Shown: piece after piece, positions 8,659 to 16,479 of the stretch
Layout of the letters: each line of letters starts with the position of its first letter
How positions within the stretch are numbered: the first letter of the stretch is position 1
DNA from: a virus
IMG/VR virus record: IMGVR_UViG_3300045988_182694
Coordinates: 5,939-69,938 of that record
DNA length: 64,000 nucleotides
Strand: one strand, 5' to 3'
Notes under the pieces: model-generated
Database searches by the model: none
Told to the model about the DNA's origin: nothing
Seen by the model: only the letters and a program-made list of their open reading frames with translations
Made by a program: the position numbers and the translations under genes

Positions 8659-9504
8659 TTACAGGCAGACAGTTTCCGCTGAGACCCGAATGGCACGCAG
8701 GGTACAAAGGTCCATGTCGGGATAGAAGTTCATCACCGTTTTCCGCAGCTCATCGAGGGTCTTGAAATCTCTGTCAACGAGCAGAACAGGACCGCTGGTA
8801 TCGTACCAGTTATCCTCGTTTTCCTCGGAATAGATATCTTCGTCGATGGTGCCGCAGTAAATCTGAGCGTCTCTGACGTAGGGACTGTCCGTGAAGACCA
8901 TATACCGTCCAGCCTCAGAAGTCTTGTCTGCGACGCTGGCCGTGCAGCCCGCATCGCACTTACTGCAGAAATCGTCGCAGCCATCCTCGTGGATACGCGG
9001 CGCGGCGCCGGTAATGAACGGAGCACGGCAAATACCGGAAGCATCCGCAAAGGCGCACAACTCAGAGTCGCACTCGCAGCACAGCTCGTTCCGATAAGTC
9101 AGAGTAGCGATGGTAGCTGTGTTGTCCTCGCCACGACCGTAAAGCAGCGCAGCGATGCCCTTGGAATAGCGTTCGTCGAACCAGTGCCAGATGTCTTCAC
9201 GAGGAGTGCCGGCGGGGAAGTGGAGGAACGCATCCTCCATCTTCTCGGTGTCCGGATTCATCGGGACATCCGTGAACTCATCCCACAGTTTTTCCAGCTC
9301 GGCGTCTCGCTGCTTCAGCGGCATGAACTTCACCGTCTCAACCTGTCCCTCCAGCGAAGCGACACGCTTATTCAGCTTATCGTACTTCACGGCATGAGCA
9401 CAGGTGGCATCAGGAACATCCCTATTGTAGCAGACATCGGAGCAAAAACCGGATGCGGGGCAAGCCCTACAACGAGTCTTGTTTGTCTTTTTCTTGGAAT
9501 CCAT
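8659..9504 (-). CDS. Hypothetical Cys-rich protein (281 aa)
   Basis: ORF with RBS; many Cys clusters. Confidence 0.7.
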   Translation of the reverse strand: MDSKKKTNKTRCRACPASGFCSDVCYNRDVPDATCAHAVKYDKLNKRVASLEGQVETVKFMPLKQRDAELEKLWDEFTDVPMNPDTEKMEDAFLHFPAGTPREDIWHWFDERYSKGIAALLYGRGEDNTATIATLTYRNELCCECDSELCAFADASGICRAPFITGAAPRIHEDGCDDFCSKCDAGCTASVADKTSEAGRYMVFTDSPYVRDAQIYCGTIDEDIYSEENEDNWYDTSGPVLLVDRDFKTLDELRKTVMNFYPDMDLCTLRAIRVSAETVCL

Positions 9505-9536
9505 GATTATTTTCTCCTTTCTTTTTTTCAGAGCAT

Positions 9537-9806
9537 TTACGCAAGGTCAGAGTAGTCGTCCGCGCTCTTCACCACACGAACCGACTGCACCGTGTTCGTG
9601 GGGAAATTGTTTTCAGCACAGAAATCGTTGAAAAGCTGCGCCAGCTCTTCAAGACCGGCGGAAGTGTCCACGCGGTATACGTCGAATTCCGTCTCATCGT
9701 CTTTTCCATCGGCGTCGATGAAGCCAATGGTAACAGACTGCCACTGTCTCATCTTGCTAACGCATCTCTCTTTACCGTTTTTTTCAACAAACTCCTTCAG
9801 GGTCAT
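9537..9806 (-). CDS. Hypothetical protein (89 aa)
   Basis: ORF with AAAGGAGAGAC RBS. Confidence 0.65.
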   Translation of the reverse strand: MTLKEFVEKNGKERCVSKMRQWQSVTIGFIDADGKDDETEFDVYRVDTSAGLEELAQLFNDFCAENNFPTNTVQSVRVVKSADDYSDLA

Positions 9807-9831
9807 TTCTGTCTCTCCTTTCTTTCAACTG

Positions 9832-9984
9832 TCAACGAATCATCTCAAACATCTCATCAGGAGAGATATCAAGAAGCTCGGCGCCGACGGACAAAAGCAA
9901 ATTTCTGACATCCTCGTCTTCGGTTTGGAGGTAAGCCGACTGTACCGCGTTGGCGACGTCCTCAGGAAAAATCACTGTGTTCAC
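9832..9984 (-). CDS. Possible small acidic protein (50 aa, GTG start)
   Basis: Not in the ORF track. AAGGAGGTGTCTTCA then GTG at 9984; fills the gap between flanking genes. Confidence 0.4.
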   Translation of the reverse strand: MNTVIFPEDVANAVQSAYLQTEDEDVRNLLLSVGAELLDISPDEMFEMIR

Positions 9985-9997
9985 TGAAGACACCTCC

Positions 9998-11161
9998 TTA
10001 CGCTTGCCGGCTTACGATGCTCTGCTCTTCCGCAGTGAGAAGTACATCATCATCGCTCTCACAATGGCCGGCGTTCCAGCTCACACTGGTTGCCTTGGCG
10101 TGCAGAACATTCTCAATGAGTGTAACCGCATTGTCTGCGAAGCTCTCAAAATCCGCATTGGAGAAAGCGAACGGCACCAACCTCTGAATGATGACGTCGA
10201 AGGAGCCATCATCATAGGTGTGAGTGCCGGCGCCGCTGCCGAAGTTCGCTTTCAGCGCCGTGCGTACCTCAATCATATCGGCGGGACGGGGGAAAGCAGC
10301 TCTCAGCCAAAAACGCATCTTGTTCTGGCCGGAAGCCTTGTCGTAGTAGACATGGCACTGGCACTTATCGCCGCAGATGTCCCGCACGCGGATGTCGGCA
10401 TTGTCGTCAGAGGACGTGTTTTTGGAGGTGGAATCGGTGCTTTTCAGCTCCACAAAGGTGGCATCACTCTCCATATGCTCACTCAGCCAATCGTCGATGT
10501 TATCGACCTCGGCAGAGGGAACCTCGACGATGTAGGCAGGGCCTACATTGGGGTAGACCTTGAAGCGGGTATCATCCGCATTTCGTCCACCAGCAGGTGT
10601 CTGTACGGGCGCCGGCTTACCGTCGATGGTGCCGAACTGTGCCTCGAACATAGAGATATAGCTGCTGATGTGCTGGAACTGATAGCCGATTTCGGCGGTG
10701 TAGTTGGAGGTGAAGCAGTAGAGTGCGTGGCCGATACCCTGACGGGAAATCCACCACGAAATCTTCTTGTTCACCCCGTTACGCACCGGCGTGAAGTTGT
10801 AAAGTCCGTAGACAAAGGGAATGCCGACACGGGCAGTACCACTCTGCGCCTGACCCTTGACGGGCAGCTCGTCCCACGCACCGTTCGCGTTCACGAAACG
10901 CCCCACGAGGACGTCCGCGCTGCACGTTGCGATGAGATTAGCTTCGCAGAATTCGATGCCGACCAGCTTCGCATACACAGCCTCATCAGCGGCGTTCACC
11001 TCATGGAGACCGACAACAGCCGGTACGAATGTGCCATCGCCGTTGGTAGCTGCCATCATTACAGCAAAACCATCCTTAGTGATTTCGCCGTTGACGATGA
11101 CTTCCTCACGGATAGCCTCCATGTTTTTGCCAGTGCGCTCGAAGATAACTTTGGTTTTCAC
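9998..11161 (-). CDS. Hypothetical protein (387 aa, GTG start)
   Basis: First gene after module C. The conserved GGGAGAAAGGAGAAACAA RBS places the start at GTG 11161. Confidence 0.7.
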   Translation of the reverse strand: MKTKVIFERTGKNMEAIREEVIVNGEITKDGFAVMMAATNGDGTFVPAVVGLHEVNAADEAVYAKLVGIEFCEANLIATCSADVLVGRFVNANGAWDELPVKGQAQSGTARVGIPFVYGLYNFTPVRNGVNKKISWWISRQGIGHALYCFTSNYTAEIGYQFQHISSYISMFEAQFGTIDGKPAPVQTPAGGRNADDTRFKVYPNVGPAYIVEVPSAEVDNIDDWLSEHMESDATFVELKSTDSTSKNTSSDDNADIRVRDICGDKCQCHVYYDKASGQNKMRFWLRAAFPRPADMIEVRTALKANFGSGAGTHTYDDGSFDVIIQRLVPFAFSNADFESFADNAVTLIENVLHAKATSVSWNAGHCESDDDVLLTAEEQSIVSRQA

Positions 11162-11231
11162 TTGTTTCTCCTTTCTCCCAGCCTTGAAGGACTTACGGGA
11201 ACACAAAAATGTATGTAGATATATAAAAAAA

Positions 11232-11360
11232 GACAGCCATCCCAAGATTGGGATAACTGTCTTGATTCTTTAAGGTGACTTGGAAAACGGAGATAATCTC
11301 CTTTATAAAAATAGCTTCGTAATTATAATTCTATACTACCACAGTTTGATATTTTGTCAA
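11232..11360 (-). promoter_or_regulatory. Promoter-leader-hairpin module, copy C
   Basis: -35 at 11355-11360; hairpin 11232-11261 plus U7 in minus sense. Confidence 0.65.
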
Positions 11361-11370
11361 TGATTTCAGG

Positions 11371-11403
11371 CAAAAGAAAAAGCTCCCCGAAGGGAGCTTT
11401 TTC
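11371..11403 (-). terminator. Intrinsic terminator after CDS 11409-11753
   Basis: AAAGCTCCC-TTCG-GGGAGCTTT followed by a T-rich run (minus sense). Confidence 0.75.
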
Positions 11404-11408
11404 GCGGG

Positions 11409-11753
11409 TTAAGAACAAGAAAAAATGTTACAGAGGACAGACCGTACCTCAGTGAGAACCTCATCGGGCAGATGACCTACAACATCGTACTTGTTCGCCA
11501 TGATGTTGAAATAGCTTACATACTCACACAGGACGGTTCCGCTACGAGGAGGACACGTCTTCTCATCGAGTATAACATGGTATGGGCCGTACTCAGTTTC
11601 GTAGGACAACGGACACACCCAGACGAAATCTGTTACTCCGTGCAGCGTATCGTTGCTTACGACGAGAAGGGTGCTTGTAACACCAAACTTCATCGCCCCA
11701 TCAGTGGGGTCGAATTTGGCGATAATGATATCGCCTCTTTTCGGTCTACTCAT
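11409..11753 (-). CDS. MazF/PemK-family toxin-like protein (114 aa)
   Basis: RGDIIIAKFDPTDG...LLVVSND...VWVCPLS...GTVLCEYV layout matches the MazF/PemK fold pattern. Confidence 0.65.
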   Translation of the reverse strand: MSRPKRGDIIIAKFDPTDGAMKFGVTSTLLVVSNDTLHGVTDFVWVCPLSYETEYGPYHVILDEKTCPPRSGTVLCEYVSYFNIMANKYDVVGHLPDEVLTEVRSVLCNIFSCS

Positions 11754-12984
11754 CTGAGCCTTCCTCGCTGACGAACTGCTCGCGCAGTTCCTTCACGGTT
11801 TCGTCGATAGCCTCCTGTGCCAGCACATCAATACGGGCAATGGCATTGATATAATCAATAACCATATCACCTTTCTTGGTCAGGAAAACACGGGCAATGA
11901 CCTCGCCTTCAGCGTCATCGTCGGGAGTACGCCAGCCATCAATGGAAACAGCGGTAATAACATCGCCGTAGCCGATGGGAGACTCCTCGTGAAAATCGTG
12001 ACGGATTTCCGTCCAGTATCCCTGCTTCTCGTCGCTGGGTGCCGGCTCGTCTGTGATTGTGACCTCGTAGGTGCCGTTGCCGTAGTTGAACCTGCTGGTA
12101 CACAGCAACAAACGGTCATCATCCATGTTCCAGACGTTGATGCCGTTCGCATCATACAGTGCGAGATTCGCAACAACTTTAGCTTCCCTTCGGATAATCT
12201 GAAGGACGGCGGTGAAGCCGTTGTCAAACTTGTTGGTATATTCAGCGATAACGACATTTGTTGCATAGATGATATTGTTGGGAACATTCTCGCCCTGCAT
12301 ATAGCTGATATACTTCGTTGCGACCACAGCAGGAATTCTGATAGTAGTTGCGTGGAGCGCCGGTGTGGACGTATCTTTGACGACTTCCATGACATACACA
12401 TTGTCGCAGTAATCAAAGGTGTAGATGCCCTCCAGCTCGCTTTCAGAAGCCAGACACATGACATCAGACATTTCCTCATTCCAGAGGACGGGATTGACAT
12501 AGAATCCCTTGTCATCAGAGCAAACAGTGACGGTTGCGGTATAGCCATCAGGGAACGTCAGGCCGAAGCAACGAACACCGGCATACTTGCCAATACCGGA
12601 CTCCACAGCGGGAATATGCTCCTCGCCACAAGGCATATCCAGCAGTTCCTGACACATTTCGGCATCCTTGGAAGGGACAAGAAGGGTAGCCTTATACCGC
12701 GTAGACACGGCAGGCTCATTCTTCTTGAAGCACATCTCAGGATGCTCCTTCAGCCACGCGGTGATTTTCTCACGGTTCTGCGGCGTGTCAATGTACGTCC
12801 AGTCCGGTACGTTGGGCATATCATGGATGATTTTGATACCATCCTTTTCTGCCTTACGCGCCGCCGCACGGTTTGGGAGGTCACTCGAATCACTTCTCCG
12901 AATGTGCTCCACGTTGGGCACAAATGGCAGGTCGCTGCCGGTAGGTGTGACGCAGATAACATAGCCCTTGTCGTTCTTGTTCAT
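11746..12984 (-). CDS. Hypothetical protein (412 aa)
   Basis: Start refined to ATG 12984 (AAAGGAGTATATTTT RBS). Confidence 0.7.
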   Translation of the reverse strand: MNKNDKGYVICVTPTGSDLPFVPNVEHIRRSDSSDLPNRAAARKAEKDGIKIIHDMPNVPDWTYIDTPQNREKITAWLKEHPEMCFKKNEPAVSTRYKATLLVPSKDAEMCQELLDMPCGEEHIPAVESGIGKYAGVRCFGLTFPDGYTATVTVCSDDKGFYVNPVLWNEEMSDVMCLASESELEGIYTFDYCDNVYVMEVVKDTSTPALHATTIRIPAVVATKYISYMQGENVPNNIIYATNVVIAEYTNKFDNGFTAVLQIIRREAKVVANLALYDANGINVWNMDDDRLLLCTSRFNYGNGTYEVTITDEPAPSDEKQGYWTEIRHDFHEESPIGYGDVITAVSIDGWRTPDDDAEGEVIARVFLTKKGDMVIDYINAIARIDVLAQEAIDETVKELREQFVSEEGSDE

Positions 12985-13017
12985 AAAATATACTCCTTTC
13001 ACTTTTTGGAAACTCAC

Positions 13018-13929
13018 TTACTCCGGAATGTCGTCGATATGCAGTACGATGCCAACGCTGGAAACATACCCTTCATCATCGAGAATATCGAACTTCCGAT
13101 GGGGAAGGTTGCAGATGACAGACCACGGGCAGACAGAGTCGCCGGAGTTGTCATCGCACCAACGAAACTCGATGTCCGGCTCGCCAGCGGCTGTCTCAAA
13201 GAAACCTTGAGTCTTACTCGCAGTCAGCTTAACACCGTTAAAGGCGCCGATTTCCTGCGTCATAGCGCCCTCGATTTCCACGAGGTCATCCGACGCAGCA
13301 TAGACTACTACAAGGCCTTTGACGGCCTTCAGAGCTGCAGGAACAACGTTCCGTTCGTTTCTGTTGTTCAGCTCTGTGGCCCAACGTTCCAGAAACTCGC
13401 TGTGGTCTCTTTGGGGCACGTTCGCCTGTTTCTCCTGAGACGCCGCCTTTTCAGCCATCAGCTCCTTCAGCTTCGGGCAATGGGCAGCAGGAACAGCGGT
13501 ACAGAACCCACCTACGGCTGTGCAGTTGAAGTTATCCCTGTGGATGTGCTCACAGTTGACGCAGTTCGGGCGATAAGTGGACTTGAGAACATCCAACTCG
13601 TGCCGAAGCGCGTAGATGGTTTCGCCTGTCTCTCGCATCTTATCGCTGATGGCTCCGACCAGTTCAGGTACAGAGGCGTCTGGGGCGGGTCCGAACCTCT
13701 CGCCCAGAATGCGGCGGAGGGTCTCGTTCTCCTGCCTGAGCGTCAGCAGCTCTTCAGGGTCAAGGAAAGTGTCCTCGAAAGCCGCCAGCCGGTCTTTCAG
13801 CCGGTTGCGGCAATAGAGTGTAGAGCACATCTCCTTTACATCGGTAGACTCTCCCGTGCGCTCAGACTTACAGCGGTTGCAGTCAACACAAGCCTGTCCA
13901 TCAGGAAGGCGGATGGTGAGTCGTTCCAT
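13018..13929 (-). CDS. Hypothetical Cys-rich protein (303 aa)
   Basis: ORF with RBS. Confidence 0.7.
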   Translation of the reverse strand: MERLTIRLPDGQACVDCNRCKSERTGESTDVKEMCSTLYCRNRLKDRLAAFEDTFLDPEELLTLRQENETLRRILGERFGPAPDASVPELVGAISDKMRETGETIYALRHELDVLKSTYRPNCVNCEHIHRDNFNCTAVGGFCTAVPAAHCPKLKELMAEKAASQEKQANVPQRDHSEFLERWATELNNRNERNVVPAALKAVKGLVVVYAASDDLVEIEGAMTQEIGAFNGVKLTASKTQGFFETAAGEPDIEFRWCDDNSGDSVCPWSVICNLPHRKFDILDDEGYVSSVGIVLHIDDIPE

Positions 13930-13931
13930 TT

Positions 13932-14615
13932 TCAGTCTCCTTTCTCGTCGGCGGGTTCCACATGACCAACCTCGTCGTTGTCGGTGATGAACGCCGTCAT
14001 GAACTCAATATTGAGGTCAGTAAACGGCGGCATCCTGTTGAGCGTTTCGGACATCGCACGCTCACCGTGCAGCATCTCCAGAAATTCCTTTGCAGGAATG
14101 AACTCCTTATAGCGTTCTTTCTTGGGATACACGATAGAGGTGGACACAGCCACAACGCTCTCGCTGCGGCAGTAGGACACATAACAGCGGCGCTCGAAGT
14201 CGTCAAACTCCTGTGCCAACATGACACGAAACGTGACAGGCTTTCCTTCCTCTGTCAGTCGGGTTCTGTCAGAATAGATGCGCTGATAGACACCCAGCCG
14301 TGTGTCGAACTTTTCAGGACGATAGGTACAGCCGCGCATGGACTCCATACGCTCAATGAACTGGTCGTGATGATACGGCCAAGAACCCTCGCCCTTTGCG
14401 GCCAGCTTGAAGTGCGACTCGTCGATGAACCGGCAGGTGTAGACTTTGGGTTCAGCACGAGGCCCATCGGTAATCAGCAGTTTCCCGCCATTGGGCAGGG
14501 TGAACACGGGATTACCTCGCCGGTCACGGAAGATGATGGTCTTGTCGTAGTCCACGACCAAACTATTCGGCACAATGCAGTACCGCCCGACAGGTCTGTC
14601 AGACTTAAAGGTCAT
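13932..14615 (-). CDS. Hypothetical protein (227 aa)
   Basis: Start refined to ATG 14615 (AAAGGAGAATACATT RBS). Confidence 0.7.
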   Translation of the reverse strand: MTFKSDRPVGRYCIVPNSLVVDYDKTIIFRDRRGNPVFTLPNGGKLLITDGPRAEPKVYTCRFIDESHFKLAAKGEGSWPYHHDQFIERMESMRGCTYRPEKFDTRLGVYQRIYSDRTRLTEEGKPVTFRVMLAQEFDDFERRCYVSYCRSESVVAVSTSIVYPKKERYKEFIPAKEFLEMLHGERAMSETLNRMPPFTDLNIEFMTAFITDNDEVGHVEPADEKGD

Positions 14616-14676
14616 AATGTATTCTCCTTTCTTCTTCGCAAGAGAGGGCGGGGACTTCCCCGCCCTCATTTGGGCA

Positions 14677-15339
14677 TCAGTAGTCGATGCACTCGTCCAT
14701 CACGTCCGCTACGGCCTTGATGTCCTCAAAGGCGACATTCTCTGTCACGGGGATGGCGACGTACAGCTCCCACTGGCAGAACGGTGTATCCGTGTCCTTG
14801 GGGAACAGCACATCTGCGTGCAGCTCCTTCAGCTTCTCATCCGCATTCAGCTTCTCAGCCAGCTTGCGGCCAGACTCCATCAGCGCCTTGCGGATGCTGA
14901 CGTTCCGTTTTCCGTCCTTTTTGGACATCTCCTCACCGGCCTCTGCGATAATCAGCAAACACGGCTGGCCGTTCACAGTGGCGATGTAGGTGGGGAAGTT
15001 CAGGCTGTCGGTCCAGCAGGTGAAATAACCCCAGCGCAGCAGGGGCGGCACCTTCGTGTACCAGTCCATGTCTTCCACAGGAGGCTGATATTCGCCTTTC
15101 AGGAAGGCTTCGTACTTTGCCTTATCGTATTCGGCGAGCTTGGTGTCGAAGCCGGAGGGGTACAGTCCGGGCACGCCACGATAATCGGGAACGTTGATGC
15201 TGCACAGGGAAGCGGTGTCGTACCGCCCATCCCAGTCCTTAGGGGGTTTCTTGTCGGGGGTGTTAAACTCCCACACGAATACCTCCCCGCAGCCGTTGCA
15301 GAAAAACTGAGTTTCGTTGATGCTGATGATTTTGAACAT
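14677..15339 (-). CDS. Hypothetical protein (220 aa)
   Basis: Start refined to ATG 15339 (AAAGGAGAAAAAGAT RBS). Confidence 0.7.
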   Translation of the reverse strand: MFKIISINETQFFCNGCGEVFVWEFNTPDKKPPKDWDGRYDTASLCSINVPDYRGVPGLYPSGFDTKLAEYDKAKYEAFLKGEYQPPVEDMDWYTKVPPLLRWGYFTCWTDSLNFPTYIATVNGQPCLLIIAEAGEEMSKKDGKRNVSIRKALMESGRKLAEKLNADEKLKELHADVLFPKDTDTPFCQWELYVAIPVTENVAFEDIKAVADVMDECIDY

Positions 15340-15366
15340 ATCTTTTTCTCCTTTCAATTTTTACCC

Positions 15367-15615
15367 TTATAAATCAATGAACGGTCCTTCGACCCGACAT
15401 TGGCTCCATCTGAGGTTGCGCGGCTCGTTGTGACGCATGGCATCGAGGTAGCTTTGCGCCTGTGCCCTATCGTTGAACACGAGGGGATGCACCCCATCAT
15501 GGTTCAGCTTTGACCAATAGTAGGCATAGCCGGATACTTTGGGGGCAGCACAAAGCGTATAGCCATCGCTATCGCGGATAACAAACTTCCATGTTAGCAC
15601 TCGTCCCATGCCCAT
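15367..15615 (-). CDS. Hypothetical protein (82 aa)
   Basis: ORF in operon. Confidence 0.6.
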   Translation of the reverse strand: MGMGRVLTWKFVIRDSDGYTLCAAPKVSGYAYYWSKLNHDGVHPLVFNDRAQAQSYLDAMRHNEPRNLRWSQCRVEGPFIDL

Positions 15616-15624
15616 AGCAGCCTC

Positions 15625-16209
15625 TCAATCCGCCGCAGACTCGCCGTAGACCATCACATCGTGGTCGGCGTAGATAGCCTGCAGCTCGTCCTTGGTGATA
15701 CTCAGGCTGCTGAACAGCCAGTCGTCGGCATCCTTCCAGTCAGAGAACTTGGGGCTGATTTCCTTCCGGAACAGCTCCAGCGTTTCGAACAGGAGGGACT
15801 TGGCGCGAAGGGAGAGGTCTTCCTCAGGGTCAGGTGCGGGTATCTTGATGTCGTTTACCTCGTTGAGTTCAACGTCTTCCAAGGAAGTCTCGTAATCCTT
15901 CCAGAGATGGGCATTGTCCTCGAACCGCTTGACGATTTCGGCGATGGCGATGTCGGTCGTCGGCTTATGCGTGGTCTCCTCAAAGTAGCAAAACTCAAAG
16001 AAGGGATGGTCGGCCTCCGTCTCACTGCCGAAACGCTCGTCGTTCAGACCGAGAGGGCCGGGGATGAAGTATTCGCCGTCATCGAGACTGGCGATAATAC
16101 GCATCTTTTCTTCCTCCGACATCTGGCCGGCGAAAACGACCTCATGCCGGACCTTGTAGTTGTCCGCGTCACGATAGAGGTATGCGAGACGTGTGTTGGT
16201 GATACTCAT
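15625..16209 (-). CDS. Hypothetical acidic protein (194 aa)
   Basis: First gene after module D. Start at ATG 16209 behind GGGAGAAAGGAGAAAACA. Confidence 0.75.
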   Translation of the reverse strand: MSITNTRLAYLYRDADNYKVRHEVVFAGQMSEEEKMRIIASLDDGEYFIPGPLGLNDERFGSETEADHPFFEFCYFEETTHKPTTDIAIAEIVKRFEDNAHLWKDYETSLEDVELNEVNDIKIPAPDPEEDLSLRAKSLLFETLELFRKEISPKFSDWKDADDWLFSSLSITKDELQAIYADHDVMVYGESAAD

Positions 16210-16280
16210 TGTTTTCTCCTTTCTCCCTGCCTGTGATAAGGACTTACGGGAACTCAAAATGTATGAAAATATATAAAAAA

Positions 16281-16410
16281 GACAGCTACCCCAAGATTGG
16301 GATAACTGTCTGAATTTACGTATGGTGACTTGGAAAACGGAGATAATCTCCTTTATAAAAATAGCTTCGTGATTATAATTCTATACTACCACAGTTTGAT
16401 ATTTTGTCAA
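16281..16410 (-). promoter_or_regulatory. Promoter-leader-hairpin module, copy D
   Basis: -35 at 16405-16410; hairpin 16281-16310 plus U6. Confidence 0.65.
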
Positions 16411-16423
16411 TCGTTTTAGTCGA

Positions 16424-16455
16424 AAAGAAAAGCGCCCCGTCAGGGACGCTTTTCG
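16424..16455 (-). terminator. Intrinsic terminator after CDS 16480-18501
   Basis: GC hairpin GCGTCCC-TGAC-GGGGCGC flanked by A/T runs. Confidence 0.7.
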
Positions 16456-16479
16456 CAGTAGATGATTCTCCTTTCACAA

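Noticed and set aside
11162-11245. N-terminal extensions of track ORFs (MGWLSFF..., ...FKAGRKEK..., ...QAGRKEKT...) seen at several operon-first genes.
   Set aside because: These are read-through translations of the conserved 5' UTR and RBS cassette. The conserved GGGAGAAAGGAGAAA-N3 spacing fixes the real start codons downstream.
11989-13965. Very long plus-strand ORFs: 11989-13965 (658 aa), 57860-60313 (817 aa), 9950-11218, 17068-18477, 62606-63802, 54522-55628, 53316-54248, 50908-51897 and others.
   Set aside because: They run antisense to minus-strand genes that have good RBSs and recognisable domains. They lack RBSs, are low-complexity (R/G/V/L-rich), and are typical shadow ORFs of GC-balanced coding sequence.
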